Assembly: GCA_964016885.1 (NCBI GenBank)
Contig: OZ024743.1
Coordinates: forward strand, 264,678,001-264,742,000
Origin: Eledone cirrhosa
Taxonomy: Eukaryota
DNA: 64,000 nucleotides
Direction of reading: 5' to 3'
In this document: positions 15,197 to 28,686 of the stretch, one piece after another
Layout: each line of letters begins with the position of its first letter
Position numbering within the stretch: the stretch's first letter is position 1
Notes under the pieces: model-generated
What the model was told of the DNA's origin: nothing
The model's database searches: none
The model's input: only the letters and a program-made list of their open reading frames with translations
Translations under genes and position numbers: made by a program

Positions 15197-15320
15197 ATTC
15201 TGCTCTGATGATACAGTGGTCACAGCATTTGATAATTGAGTTTTGCAAATAGTTATAAATTTGCACATAGCATAACTAGGCTGTATAACCACCGTGGAAA
15301 CGTTTGTAAGCACACAGAAT
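15197..15320 (+). ncRNA. Type I hammerhead ribozyme in the PLE pLTR
   Basis: Stem I tgct/agca, extendable by attct/agaat. Core CTGATGA at 15205-15211. Long stem II tacagtggt...acagc / gctgt...accaccgtg. GAAA at 15297-15300, short stem III, GTA cleavage triplet at 15306-15308. Confidence 0.8.
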
Positions 15321-18300
15321 AAATTACATTTTTTATGATGTCTACCTGTTATTATTCATTCTTTATCTACACTCCGGAATACAGAAGGATCAGGAACTGA
15401 GTTTCTTCAACTATTCTTCCATAACTCGTTGAGTAACCCCTCACCGTACGTCAACTCTATCCAGTGTAGTAATTAACCATTACTGCATCCAGGATAATCC
15501 TATAGCTAATATATATATATATATTCTGTGATAAAGGAATCCGCATAAAATATTTGAAGACCTCACACTTAATATGGAGTTGTTTTAACAATCTAATTCA
15601 AGCAGTTCAAAATTCGACTGGCCAAATTATACTGTTTTACTATTTACACAATTTTAGTTCAATATATATTTTAAACTTCTTTATAATTTCTTTTGATTCC
15701 CTAGCATGTCTTGTGTAAAACAATTTAATTTGCAGTGACCGTTTTCGTACTTCAGACAGTCTCAAACCCTAGTCAAAACTATAAACATTGGTTTTAGTCA
15801 CAGTTTTATAACGTTACCTACATCTGTGTATAAATTCTTAGATTTTTTTTATGTAAAGAAATTCAAAGTTGTGAAATTAAATTCTATTTGAGGAACAATC
15901 GTAACTTAAATGTAAGTAAACTTTACCACCAAGAAAACTAAATCGATTTTTAGATTTGATTCATGCACGTAGTACATGTAAATTTGATACCCGATTTAAT
16001 CAATGATATTGTGCATTTTACTGGGAGTGAATGAGGCGCAGATATGATATATTGTCGGATTTAATACTGAGCTGCTTTTAATTTCATACCTTTGTATATC
16101 GTCATCAAATCATGACAGTGTGTTTTTTTTTTATTTTCTTCGCAGTAATGTCAGTAAAATGACTAGCACCACATGTCGCTGTTACGGTTCACAAATGGCC
16201 AGGTTTAATGAATGCTTAGGAGACGGCACATTATCGTGGGCCTGTAAACTGTCACTGTTTTCTCGGTAGATTTGAACTTAGAGAGAGGGAAGAAAACTGG
16301 AACAAATATTGCCTGGTGTTTAATCTGATGTCACTATTCCCTTCTATATAAGAACCATATAATTATGCATCAAAAGAAAATGTCTTCATCCAATGTCCTT
16401 TTGATAATATTTCAATCTGTTATATATTATATCTGATGTCCCTAGCATGCCACAATAAGAGTATTTTTATTAATGCAGTTATCAGCTAGGTAGCAGGTAC
16501 TTAATTATGATGAAGCAATTAAAGAAATGTGCTTGCTGAGGACTCAGAGATGATACTATTGAGAATTGTTGTTGTCTGTTATCATCGCATATCTTCATTT
16601 GGTAGGAATAACATCTGCTCATAAATATAGCAAGTGCTACCATACACAACGAATCCAATTTTCCCATATTTTTACTGCAGAAACGAAATATATAAATATA
16701 TAATAGCTTCAGTAACTCCAGGAATATATTAACTTTTTATCGCACCTTCATATACTCTTAATACTTTATTCAATGAAATATGATCACTTATTCACCACAT
16801 AAATGATATTATTGAGCATTTTCTTCTCAATCATTCTGCTATCCTGTCAACATTTATGGTGTTTTCAGTATTTTTCCTTCTATGAGAAATAATATGAGCC
16901 TTTGTTTATATTTAGATATTTATTGAATAGAATAACCCTTTATCAGGTCTTTGAACTCTTACTAAACCCTCGACATTGATTCGGTAAATCTGAAACTCTA
17001 CTCACCTCAACCTCCATCAAAGTATATTCATTAAGAATGCATCTTATAAACTCATCAAATACGTGAAATAATATTTCAACGACTAAGAAAAGGTAGGGTA
17101 TTGACCGTCACTTTCTTCGGGGGCCAGGATAATCGGGGAGGAAGGGATGAATTTATCATCAGTTGTTACATAGTTCGAATGTTTAAACTGCGTGATCCAC
17201 ATCAAAGCACCCAAGTTTCAGGCGGAATTCAAGAAGCGGAGATAGCGTATCCAAGCTCCCAGGCAACACGGTCGTTCTAGGGGGCTCCCATACACTTTTC
17301 GTTTAACAAAATGCACTTAAAACGCTTCAGCAGACTTGAGCCTATACTAAAAAATATTATAGTGGAATTCAACCTGAAAACACGTAGTTTCATTATAAAA
17401 CCTATGTCTTTTGCCTATTGATGTTATATATTCTTGCAGTATTGCTTTACTTCTAAGTGTAATGTATGTTTAAATATCCCTAGACAAACCAACAACTGAA
17501 ATTATAATGAGATACGAACTTTTTCTCATTTTCACCAGTAGCCAGTTTTTCTGATCAAATAGGTGCACTGCAACATTTGAGAGAACATTATGCCTGAATT
17601 TGTCTTTCAATTAGATAGAATCACGTGAAATTACAAATCCATTTCTGTTTTTGTTTGTAGCTACATATTCTCTGAGGATCTGGCTTACGTGGAAGGTTTG
17701 ATAGTTTTCCATCAATAGTAAATTACAAATTTGACATAATGAAAATAAAATGAAATAATCGAGTAATATTTCATTTTCAATGTAATGTCCAGGTGACAGA
17801 ATCTGACCTTATCCATTTTTGTCTTTCTTTTTCACATCCAACACTTTTAAAATCAAATTTTTCTAGTGACCGCAGAGAATAGGCTACATTAATGACATTA
17901 TTGGAAAAATCCGGTTAGAAGCAGAAGATGTAATGTGAGGAGGGATTACTGACCACTAACTAATAAACTGTCCACGAAATTTCGGCTACAGTTTTGATGA
18001 GATCCATCTATGAAAGAAGACGAATTTATGATAGTTTTAGAGGCATCGTTGGACGCAAATATGAGCTATAAAATTATTTCCCATTGATTATGTGTATTAA
18101 GAATTTATTTATTGACTATATACTAGATTTAACACACTAAGAGTTCTTCAACATGCCATATAAGAAAAGTACTAAATATGTGAAGTATTAAATTTCTGCA
18201 TTGTTTCATTCCATTTGAAATTGTTCGAGATTACATTGATTACTTAATCTTGTTCAACCATGTTGGTGCAGCAAAGTGCAACATTCGTTCTCCATTTCGT

Positions 18301-18818
18301 CTATATTTGCACTCACCAACATTCTTTCCAATATTTTTCTGGATTATACTCACCATTTATATCCACTTAATCAAATTACATATTTGTAGGTTTAAATGTA
18401 AGGACATATTTATCACTTATCTTCGTCGTAATGAACAGTAATAAAACCAGATATCTATCAACTGGGAGCATGGTAACAAAACATCTGTTTGGATACGGGT
18501 TATAGGCTATTATCTTTGGATCCTAAGTTCAACATGGCCAGAAGTATTCATAACATTAACGTAAGAATATATAATTTTTAGATTGCTTTATACTGCTTTA
18601 TTGCTGTGGAGAATAATATTAAAATTGTTCTCGAAAGTATTTCGTATGGCAGATTATATTTTACACAGGACTATAGTATTTTACCAATTTATGCTGCATA
18701 TATATGTAGTTCATAGCTGGCTTTATAACGCTTTGGGAACTACATCATATGTGTTTTAAAAGTTGTAAGATGTCCAAAATATGGTAGCGATTGTCGAAAT
18801 ATTTGCAGTTCAATAATG

Positions 18819-18881
<63 letters not shown>

Positions 18882-19324
18882 CATATTTCAATTCAGCTCA
18901 ATTTTTTGTGTATACTCACAAACCAATACCTATTTTTAGTGCTTAATACAATGAGGAAGTCTCTACAGTCAAATCATTCTTGATATAGTTCCTAGCACAT
19001 TATAACAGAGGAAGGTGAAATGGCGGAATCGTTAGAATATAGGATAGAATGCTTTGTGTTATTTGTTTCCGCTCTCTAAGTCTCTGGGGTGCTGCCTTGG
19101 CATAAAACAACAGAAGATATATGCATGGCATACATGCATGTTCGCTAAATCCCGAATGTGTTGCAGGGATGCCATATTTATATACAGCATTTCTAGGGCA
19201 ATTTATACCTGGCCGTGCCCACTCATCCCCGGTCTGAATACAGCAGATTTCTTCCAGAGAAGCATAGATAGTGAGAGAATTGAAGTGAGAAAGAGATACA
19301 CCGGAAAAATCGACTTCAGTATTT

Positions 19325-19446
19325 GACTGGTACGTTTTCTTATCAACATCGAATGGATGAAAAGCGAAGTTGACCTCAGTGGAATTTGAAATGAATGCTG
19401 CAAAGCATTCTATACGATTTTCTAACAACGCCGCGAAGTTACCGCC
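19325..19446 (-). mobile_element. Old degenerate SINE relative
   Basis: actggtac...ggatgaaaagcgaagttgacctcagtggaatttgaa is the reverse complement of the SINE body. Confidence 0.65.
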
Positions 19447-19701
19447 ATGTCAAAAAAGCAACTAACAACTACCTAAAATTTAATATTTTTCACGCAATCA
19501 TTCTTTTCTGCCTATTATTACCCGACACAATTAATAATTAGCTAAGACCATTCTTTTCTTTCATTGCCAACCTATTTTACGTTGTAGTTTTAATAAATAT
19601 CAACTAGGTATACACGTCAAAAGTATATTGAGTTCCAAGAGGTTTAAAAGCCCTGTTATGACAAGATTGTCTACACACACCAACACATGCTAATAAACAA
19701 C

Positions 19702-19832
<131 letters not shown>

Positions 19833-19962
19833 GTGAGGGTTTTTTTACAAAATGAAAAATAACCGAGGTGTCCTACACGAGTGGAAGTATAAAGAAAAAG
19901 GGATGAAATCGAAAATGCAACTGAAGTCTTATTTTTTTAAAAATATATATATTTATTTGGTT

Positions 19963-20000
19963 CCTTTACCGGTTTCGCAGTTCTTCTGCTTTTCAAAAGG
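19963..20000 (-). ncRNA. Minimal type I hammerhead, U3-A8 core variant (inverted copy)
   Basis: Exact reverse complement of 22175-22212. Confidence 0.75.
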
Positions 20001-20081
20001 TGAGTTGAGATGGAGGGTCTGTGGTTTTTCTCACATCTGGTTGGTCTCTAAATGTTACTTGTTTTATATGGAAAAACTGGC

Positions 20082-21138
20082 TACTTGGATGATTGCCTCA
20101 TTCTTTGGTCCCACACACTCGACCAACTGAAGGATTTCAAAAACTTAATAAACGGCATCAATAATCACATCCAATTCACAATGGAATACAGCCAAGATCA
20201 ACTCCCATTTCTGGACATCTTAATCACAAAAAAAGACACAAATATCGAAACTGACATACACTACAAACCAACAGATTCCAAACAATATCTGTTATTCACC
20301 TCCAACCATCCAAAGCACACGAAGACGAACATTCCTTTTAACCTAGCAAGAAGAATTTGCACAATTGTCTCCAATTATGAAACGCGAAATAAAAGACTTC
20401 AAGAATTAAAGGAAATTCTACTTGAGAGAGAGTACCCACTATTACTAATAAATAATGGAATAGAAAGGGCTAAAGCAATAGGCATTGATGAATTACGGAA
20501 ACAGAAACAAATTCAAGGTACGTCCAATATTCTATCATATATCTCAACACACAACCCAAGAAATGCGGAAGCTTACAACACTATTCACAATAACATCCCA
20601 CTACTAAAACAAAACCCAAGAATGAAAAAAAGCCCTTGAAACACACAAAATAATCAAAAGCAAAAGACAACCAAAATCACTGAAAACATTACTCACCAAT
20701 GCCAAATTACCTACCACAAACCCACAAACAAGTATCAAAAAATGTGGTCGCTCTAATTGTGGAACCTGCACTCACCTCATTGAAGGCAACACGTATACAT
20801 TTAAATCAGGACAAAATTTTACTGTAAAAAATCACTTCACTTGCTCATCAAAAAATTTAGTTTATGCCATTAAATGTAAAGGATGCAATGAAGATTATAT
20901 AGGACAAACTAAACTCACACTCAGAAACAGAATGACAGTTCATCGCCAACAATTACGAGATCCAACCACGAGACAAATACCACTAAGTGCACATCTAGAC
21001 ATTTGCGCAAGTAATAAGACACCCAAATTCCAAGTCTTCCCATTTTACCTTTGCGCTAACAATACAACAGAACAAATGCGAATAAATAAGGAAAATATGT
21101 TTATTCAAAAATATAGACCAACATTAAATAAGGTTTAA
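20082..21138 (+). pseudogene. PLE RT C-terminal part + GIY-YIG, one frameshift near 20630
   Basis: ORFs 20052-20639 and 20932-21138 plus the intervening frame. Confidence 0.85.
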
Positions 21139-21629
21139 TATACATTATGTCAACACCACAATATGACATACACACACACACATAACACCTACTTTAGAAA
21201 ATAAAAACCCGAACTAACTAAACCTTAAACATACGTTTGCACTGGCAATACAACAGCAAACACGAAAAAGTCAGGAAAATATGTTCATTCAAAAATATTC
21301 CTACTAAAGGAATCATTTTCCTACACACACACATACACACACACAATATATATATATATATATATATATTCTCTTCATCTTAACATGCTAACCATACTCC
21401 CACACACATAACACCCATACACACACATAAAAACCCCCACACCTACAACACCCTCCCCATTTCTACTAATAGAACCACTTTCCTACACACATATATATAT
21501 ACACACACACAAAAAATATATATTCTCTCTATCTAACATACTCGCACACACACACATAACACCCATATACACACACACACAACTCCCTCCCCCATCTCTA
21601 CTAATAGAATCATCTTCCAATACACACAT

Positions 21630-21662
<33 letters not shown>

Positions 21663-22174
21663 AGCACACAAATAAACACATATCTTCAGTCTCAATAGAA
21701 AATCTGAACTCTGACACCTGAACTCTGACAGCTGGCCATATTCACTGAACCAGAACATTTCTCCCAATCCCTTTTCCCTTGACCACTATCTCTCCATCGT
21801 CATAACATTCACTATGGACTACAGAATAGTTTTCCAAATAAGGGCGCAAAAATGTAATGAAAACTTGTTCACGTGACAGCCAAATTTCATTTATAACCAA
21901 CCAAAAAAAAGCCTTCGTGAGCCTCATTTTTTCAAGTAAAAAGAAATTCAAACACTCATATATGAAAAAACAACCTGTGACAACCCCCCCCCCCTCTCTT
22001 ATTTGAAGAACTATTGTAACGCGAACTGGCGCGAAATTTATTATAATTATTGACAAACCAATCAAATTACTTCTCGAAAAACCTGGTTTTCGAGCCAGTT
22101 TTTCCATATAAAACAAGTAACATTTACAGACCAACCAGATGTGAGAAAAACCACAGACCCTCCATCTCAACTCA

Positions 22175-22212
22175 CCTTTTGAAAAGCAGAAGAACTGCGA
22201 AACCGGTAAAGG
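22175..22212 (+). ncRNA. Minimal type I hammerhead, U3-A8 core variant
   Basis: cctt-TTGAAAA-gcag-aagaa-ctgc-GAAA-ccgg-TA-aagg. Confidence 0.78.
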
Positions 22213-22490
22213 AACCAAATAAATATATATATTTTTAAAAAAATAAGACTTCAGTTGCATTTTCGATTTCATCCCTTTTTCTTTATATATATATATATAT
22301 ACATATTTACTTACGGTTAAGAACGTGCTGACTAATCGGGGTTGCGTATGAAATGCACCAATAAGTAAATAATGATGCAATTCAAATCAAGCACCCAACG
22401 TCATGTTATTTCTTCCAAACGAGAAGTATAAGCCCACTAACGGTTTATACTATTAAGTTTACGTTATATATTAACTCCAAATATTATATA

Positions 22491-22542
22491 TTATCCGATG
22501 AAAGCACACTCAAATTTAATGTCCTTGAAATACGTATAATAA
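22491..22542 (+). ncRNA. Degenerate hammerhead in a solo pLTR-like relic
   Basis: ttat-CCGATGA-aagcac...gtcctt-GAAA-tacgta-TA-ataa. One core change and one stem II mismatch. Confidence 0.6.
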
Positions 22543-22635
22543 AATAAATATGGTATTATAAAGAGATTTTGCATTCATCAATATTATTAATATCCAGATA
22601 AAAACCTCTAGAGTGCTTCAAATATGTTATAAAAT

Positions 22636-22684
22636 TAACTCTGTTGAATAATAATCAACAAACCATATAACTCATTGTTTATAT

Positions 22685-22750
<66 letters not shown>

Positions 22751-22813
22751 ATATATATATATGTATATAAACAATGAATTATATGGTTTGTTGATTATTA
22801 TTCAACAGAGTTA
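22636..22813. repeat. Mirror duplication centred on (TA)n
   Basis: taactctgttgaatataatcaacaaaccatataa...tttatatac versus gtatataaacaatgaattatatggtttgttgattattattcaacagagtta. Confidence 0.85.
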
Positions 22814-22906
22814 TAGCTCTGGTTTATCCAAACTATTGAGCACTTTGCCACACATTTCGAAGATTGTGTTTCGTTATTTCGTGGGCCGAGGTTCCGATTC
22901 TCGATA

Positions 22907-22958
<52 letters not shown>

Positions 22959-23209
22959 TGATTTTTCTCAAGTTGAATCTTTTCTCATGTGTTATAGTAT
23001 TTTTGTTTTTTAATATAAACACTCCTTTTCTCTTTTACCAACTGAAATATTTCTGACACACCTAAACATGAAAGAACATTCCACAAACCATATACAAAGA
23101 GACTTTTCTCTTACATACATTCCATTGGTAGAAAACATTGATTTCTACTCTCAGCAGAAACCAGCAATTTGAGAGAGCAATAAGTCATTTAAATCAACCA
23201 CAATACTCG

Positions 23210-23345
23210 ATGCAACTTTATATTATCGACCTGGAAGTATGAAAGGCAAAGTTGACCTCGGTGGGATATGAACTTGGAACGTAAAACGCTGTAAATAAAT
23301 ACTGAAAGTAATGTGTCCAACGCTCTAACGATTCTGGTAATCCTC
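23210..23345 (-). mobile_element. Old degenerate SINE relative
   Basis: tatcgacc...atgaaaggcaaagttgacctcggtgggatatgaact...gctctaacgattctg. Confidence 0.7.
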
Positions 23346-24106
23346 TACTCTTGATTTATAACATTGATTGATATTTACACAAACAATGTCAAAGTAATCC
23401 ATGAATTTAAAGGTATATGTGATAACTAAGAAATGCTATCATAGCAGTAGTAATTCCAATATTTATTTTATTGAATGTATATGGAAAATGATTACTATGC
23501 CTTTTGCAGAAAGGTATTAGTGAAAAGAATGTTGTTAAGCTCAAGATGTAGACCACTGTATACACTGTAGTGCATATACATAGTCGATCAAGATTATGCT
23601 ATCAATATAATCTTGATTAATTCCATAGGCGAGTTGAAAATGCCCTATACCTGCAACAAAATAAAAAAAACAATAATTCTTTAATATACCTATCGCGGTA
23701 CCCCATAACATCAATAAAATAATTAAATTGTTACTGTTGTACCATTTTGGTGCATAAGGCTCTTATGAATTCATATCACATACATATTAGTTGGCAGGAA
23801 TTTGACAGGTAGTCTTGATATCTATATTAGACTCGAGCCGACACTTTGCAATTATTTGTTCTCAGTAAATCTCATGTAAGGTGGGGAATTATTACTCCAA
23901 ACAACAAACCCCATCACACATACCATAAGGTTTGTCTCTCGATACATTCATTCCACCGGTTTCTTCCCGTTTGGATTAATATTCTATTTGTCATCTCCGG
24001 AAGAGTGGTATTTGAATACAGCAAACGGTTTGGGGAACAAACACAGCAAGGCAATTCCTCCGACCCTCTAACGATTCTGTCATTTTGCCATTATTATACT
24101 TTATCG

Positions 24107-24290
24107 GGCGGTGGATTGGCAGTATCGGTAGAGGGTCGGACGCCATGCTTTCCAGCATAGTTACGTCCCTTTACGATCTGAGTTTAAATCCCGCCGAGGT
24201 TGACTTTGCCTTTCATCGTTACAGGGTCGATAAAATAAAGTACCAGTAATGCACTGGGTATTTGCTGGCCTTGTGCCTAAAGTAGAAACA
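24107..24290 (+). mobile_element. tRNA-derived SINE, full length, 17-bp TSD
   Basis: TSD attattatactttatcg at 24090-24106 and 24291-24307. A- and B-box-like motifs present. Confidence 0.92.
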
Positions 24291-24440
24291 ATTATTATAC
24301 TTTATCGAAATCCATTGATAGTGAAGTATGAGATGCAACAAGAATTTTAAGAAGTGAAAAGATATATAAATTAATTTTTTACCACAAAATCTAAAATATG
24401 CGATTATATAATTTTTCAGAATATTAAAATATTAACTCAC

Positions 24441-24487
24441 CTTTGGAGATGAGATGGAAATCTTTTTTTTTTCTTCAGTATTTACAT
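24441..24487 (-). CDS. Possible 47-nt host exon (xVNTEEKKKISISSPK)
   Basis: On the - strand: ctacag|ATGTAAATACTGAAG...TCTCCAAAG|gtgagt, open in phase 1 to phase 0. Splice signals only, weak pyrimidine tract. Confidence 0.25.
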
Positions 24488-24870
24488 CTGTAGGTGTAAA
24501 TATTAAATACTATTTCATCTCTAAAGAAATATAATCTTATTATCTTCTACTCGAATCAGACTATTTAAATATTTAATCTAAAAAGATTTACGTGAACCAA
24601 TGTTTTTAACATGAATGAGAAAAATAGATGGAAAAAACTGTAAAACACCAGACAGTATGAGACACTATATAGAATTATTTTATATTACCTCCTCAGATTC
24701 CTAGTTCAAATACCATCAGATACTGTTTTGATTTTCATTCGTACGTATCGATAACAAAATTAGCGTGAATTGTGAATCAGCATAATTTGTTTTCTGCAAA
24801 TGTAAAGAATCTTGTTGTTTTGTTGATGATATCGTGCTCATTACTTATTTGTCGAACATTATTTATCGAA

Positions 24871-25002
24871 TAGTTACGTCCCTTTACAGTCTGAGTTCAA
24901 ATCCCGCCGAGGTTAACTTTGCCTTTCATCCTTACGGGTTCAATAAAATAAAGTACCAGTAATGTGTGGGTAATTGCTGGCCTTGTGCCTAAAGTAGAAA
25001 CA
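24871..25002 (+). mobile_element. SINE, 5'-truncated, 13-bp TSD
   Basis: TSD attatttatcgaa at 24858-24870 and 25003-25015. Confidence 0.9.
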
Positions 25003-25832
25003 ATTATTTATCGAACGGTTATCATGCATTTTGACACAAAATAAATTATTATGACACACCGATCCACAGGTCTATGAACACAGACGCGCACACACATATA
25101 TATATATCTAAACTATAATAAAGTAAGAAGTGCGGGATTGCGTACGGTTTATAATTGTTTTATCCGTTTAGTAAAATAGGTTGGATTACTTTGAATAAAT
25201 AATGAATGAATATTACATAATGTATCTAATAAATTTAGTAGTTGGTCATTAAATATATTTTATTACTTATTTAAAGGTTCACCTCTATAAAACTTTTAAA
25301 TGTCAGCACTTCCGGTTAGTGATCGTTTAAATAAATATTCATATATTTCTGTCACTAATTTTCTCCTAATGCAGTTTATATATAATATCGTTTTTCTTTT
25401 TAAATGTATCATGGATGACGTTATTGATTATATAAGACAGTGTAACACAGTCTTCGTTCAATATCTGTGTATATGGTCAATTACGATTTTATTTGATGTA
25501 TCATATCTACATGCATCTATACTTGCGTATAATATCAATATACACACTACATATGCTAGCAGAAAACCACCCGAAGGGTGGTTCTTCTACTAGTTCATAT
25601 AATTTGCCAGCACAGTAACTATCAGATTTTATCACCGATTGAGAGTGTCGGCTGCATTCAAAGAACGGACTTCTTTTTAGATATACTTTACAATACAGAC
25701 CACGAAAAAATATATGACAAAGTTGATCGAGAAAGTATACCCAAGCTGGCGTAATTTCAATCTACTGCATTCTGCTTCGAACGTATTTAATAACCTGAGA
25801 TGCTATGGAATGTGTTTGGATCCAACTTTTAA

Positions 25833-25854
25833 GCACACACACACACACACAAGC

Positions 25855-25895
<41 letters not shown>

Positions 25896-25911
25896 CACAC
25901 GCACACACACC

Positions 25912-25948
<37 letters not shown>

Positions 25949-25965
25949 CTATCTATCTCTCTCTC

Positions 25966-26042
<77 letters not shown>

Positions 26043-26070
26043 ACGCCCGTACCGATGTGTATGTGTGTGT
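25833..26070. repeat. (CA)n-(CT)n-(TA)n-(TG)n compound, quasi-palindromic microsatellite
   Basis: Visible tracts. Confidence 0.95.
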
Positions 26071-26232
26071 GCGTTGGTTGGGGTTCTATGAACGAGTAAT
26101 CAGGAATGTGTTATTTTTAAAACTAGAATGATTCCTAACGTGAAACAGTAAATTGTTTTCAAGATCAAGCTTGTAGCTAAATGTTTTCTGCCGAATTCTA
26201 CAATCGACTCTGTAAAATATTGATGGAAGGGT

Positions 26233-26430
26233 GTTGAATCAACACTTATGTTTGTGGATGCCATAATCTTTCCTAAGGCCACATAATGTTTTGCATCTTT
26301 TGTGGAAGACCTGATATATAAAGTCTGTATTCAATTCATATGCAGATTGGTGTGCATCATACGATCGTAAATGGGATTTCATACCAGCATTTGATAGGTA
26401 TATCCTATGACAGTGTGGACAAGGAAAAAT
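26233..26430 (-). pseudogene. Degenerate C2H2 zinc-finger relic, probably the C-terminus of an RTE-type LINE
   Basis: - strand translates FPCPHCHRIYLSNAGMKSHLRSY...FIYQVFHKRCKTLCGLRKDYGIH. Confidence 0.45.
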
Positions 26431-27035
26431 TCTAAAGTCCTTATTTTCAGCAAGCCAGAATATGTCCTTTTTTCATGCAGCCATTATGAATTACGTATAT
26501 CTAACAGCTTCCCCCGCAAAAATATCCACACCCCGCTTTATCCTGCATCTCCAACGTGTCCTGGAATGGATTGCTGGACAGATTTTAAGGGCAAAACCAT
26601 CCGTCAGGGGACCCAGGTGTAAACCCGGAGCAAGATGTTTCGACAAAATCCATGAGCTTGGTTGGTCTCGTTTGGGATTGTAGCCGGATAATGTGGAGAG
26701 AGTTGCTGCTGATAGAATACACTTGAAGATGTATTTGAGAACTGCCGCCCCTACTACCCATTCAGGTATAGGTGGGCGAAGAATAAGAATACAAATATTT
26801 TGCCCATTCCTGTCTTAGTGTACATAAGTCTGGTTATCCCAGTTTGCTTGACTGACTACAAACTAGGCTCTACTCCTCTTGTTTCGCAGGTGAGTGGTTA
26901 AGCAGTTCAAAATAAGAACATCCGGTGTAAAAACAATTGCTCTGATCATCCCACTCATACTAGTATAAAGAAATAGATGAAAAAAATGACTTTTTTTCTT
27001 ATCATTTCAACTTCTATAAAATCTATATATAATAA

Positions 27036-27638
27036 GACGAGGGACTAATTTTATCATATGTAACCCATGCGCAACCACGCAGTATTCTTCTTTCTACTCA
27101 TGTTTTTTATACATATTTACCTCGGCTGCGTTTGTCTGTTTCTGTCTTACTGCTCCCCCGTTATCTCTGTTTCTCTCACCTTCTTTCGCCCCCTCTGTCA
27201 GTTACACTTTCTCTCGACTGACCTCTTCCTCGCACTTCCACTCACTCACTCTCTGTTTCTCCCCTTCTCACTTCCTCCCGTTTGGCTAGTAGTGGGTTCT
27301 CTTCTTGCGCACATCTCACTCACGGCGGACGGTCTGTATCTTGATCGCTCATGAAATCCACCCAGCTTCTGCTGACCGGATAACTATGTTGCTTGTTTTT
27401 TTCCTATCTTTGGTTTGCTTTTATCCTTCTATGTTGTTTACTTGTCTCACTCGCTTTACGCGATTCACTTGTCCCAATAGCTTTTTTTAGTTATTGCTCG
27501 CACCAACCTGAGGTATATGATTTTTAATGCGATGAAATATCAATGGTGGTTGGCAAATCACTGACGAGGGACTAATTTTATCATATGTAACCCATGTGCA
27601 ACCACGCAGTATTCTTCTTTCTTCTCATGTTTTTTATA
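27036..27638 (+). repeat. About 75-bp direct repeats (27036-27110, 27563-27638) around a pyrimidine-rich core; pLTR-like
   Basis: gacgagggactaattttatcatatgtaacccatg(c/t)gcaaccacgcagtattcttctttct occurs twice. TA-rich flanks. Confidence 0.7.
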
Positions 27639-27679
27639 TATATATATATATGTATGTATATAAACACATACGCACACAA

Positions 27680-27753
<74 letters not shown>

Positions 27754-27779
27754 TTATATAAACACATATTATATATATA

Positions 27780-27852
<73 letters not shown>

Positions 27853-27858
27853 ACATAT

Positions 27859-27894
<36 letters not shown>

Positions 27895-27930
27895 CACCCT
27901 TCCCGTCAATCTGTCTTATTTCTCTTTCTT

Positions 27931-27965
27931 TCTTTTGATGAAGGACTAGCGTCCGAATCGTTAAG
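27931..27965 (+). ncRNA. Degenerate minimal hammerhead in a solo pLTR between TA tracts
   Basis: tctt-TTGATGA-aggac-tagc-gtcc-GAAT-cg-TT-aaga. Confidence 0.55.
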
Positions 27966-28549
27966 ATCATCTTCCTGTTATATCAAGCCTTAACCTAATA
28001 TATCCCTTCCCTATACTGTACCGATTGTGTTGTTCTTTCTGTTTACCTCTTATATACATATATATATATCAACGCTTACGTTGACTTCTGAAACTGGATA
28101 CCAAACCGGAGTACACTTGAACATCCAGCTGGAATTCTTTCGAATAATTGATGTAATATACATCTTAAATTTCGAGTTGATATATGTTTTTAAATTGACA
28201 GCTTTTTCTAGTTAAAAAAAAATATTCTCAGCGCCTAGTCTGTAGTGTACAAACCTTTACTTTGATGATAATTCTGTGCTCACATACATTATTGTGCACC
28301 ATGCTGGTTTTATTTTGGGAGTACATGGGGTCCTGTAACATTTAAACATATCTTATCCCTATTACTATGGAAAGGAAATCATCACTTATGATCAAACAAA
28401 TTCTGGCATTAATAACTATTAATTAATTGAGATTAGCTTCTGAAACTGCAGAAAGGTGAACAATTTTTTGACCCTCCAGTTTTAGACCGCTTGACAAGAG
28501 GTTTATCCCTGAGATGAGACTGTTATAACGTTTCTTTGTTTTAAACTAT

Positions 28550-28582
<33 letters not shown>

Positions 28583-28619
28583 ATATAATATCAAAAGATG
28601 GTTAAAGGAGTTCCATGTA

Positions 28620-28686
28620 TTTTATTATGCGCATTTCAAAAACAAACATCATCATGCAATAATATTTGTGTTTTCATCAGATAAAA
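28620..28686 (-). ncRNA. Type I hammerhead (left arm)
   Basis: Reverse complement of 30610-30676. Confidence 0.82.

Larger units (their letters stand above)
12457..15510 (+). mobile_element. Penelope-like element, Naiad-like; slightly 5'-truncated with a short inverted pLTR arm
   Basis: RT: RLICPSKSDIGK, FIQFDIDEYY, ITMGS, YRDD, FLDVTL. Linker CNC..CPL. GIY-YIG domain IVY...YIGSTTTSFKSRWYRH...CRLC...LLN. 12457-12493 is an inverted copy of 15330-15366. (TA)n flanks. Confidence 0.9.

Noticed and set aside
17007-17086. Minus-strand exon ending GAG|gtgagt
   Set aside because: All three frames contain a stop between the apparent acceptor and donor.
24107-24290. tRNA gene
   Set aside because: It has A/B-box-like motifs but no cloverleaf. 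It is multi-copy with TSDs and a simple-repeat tail, so it is a SINE.
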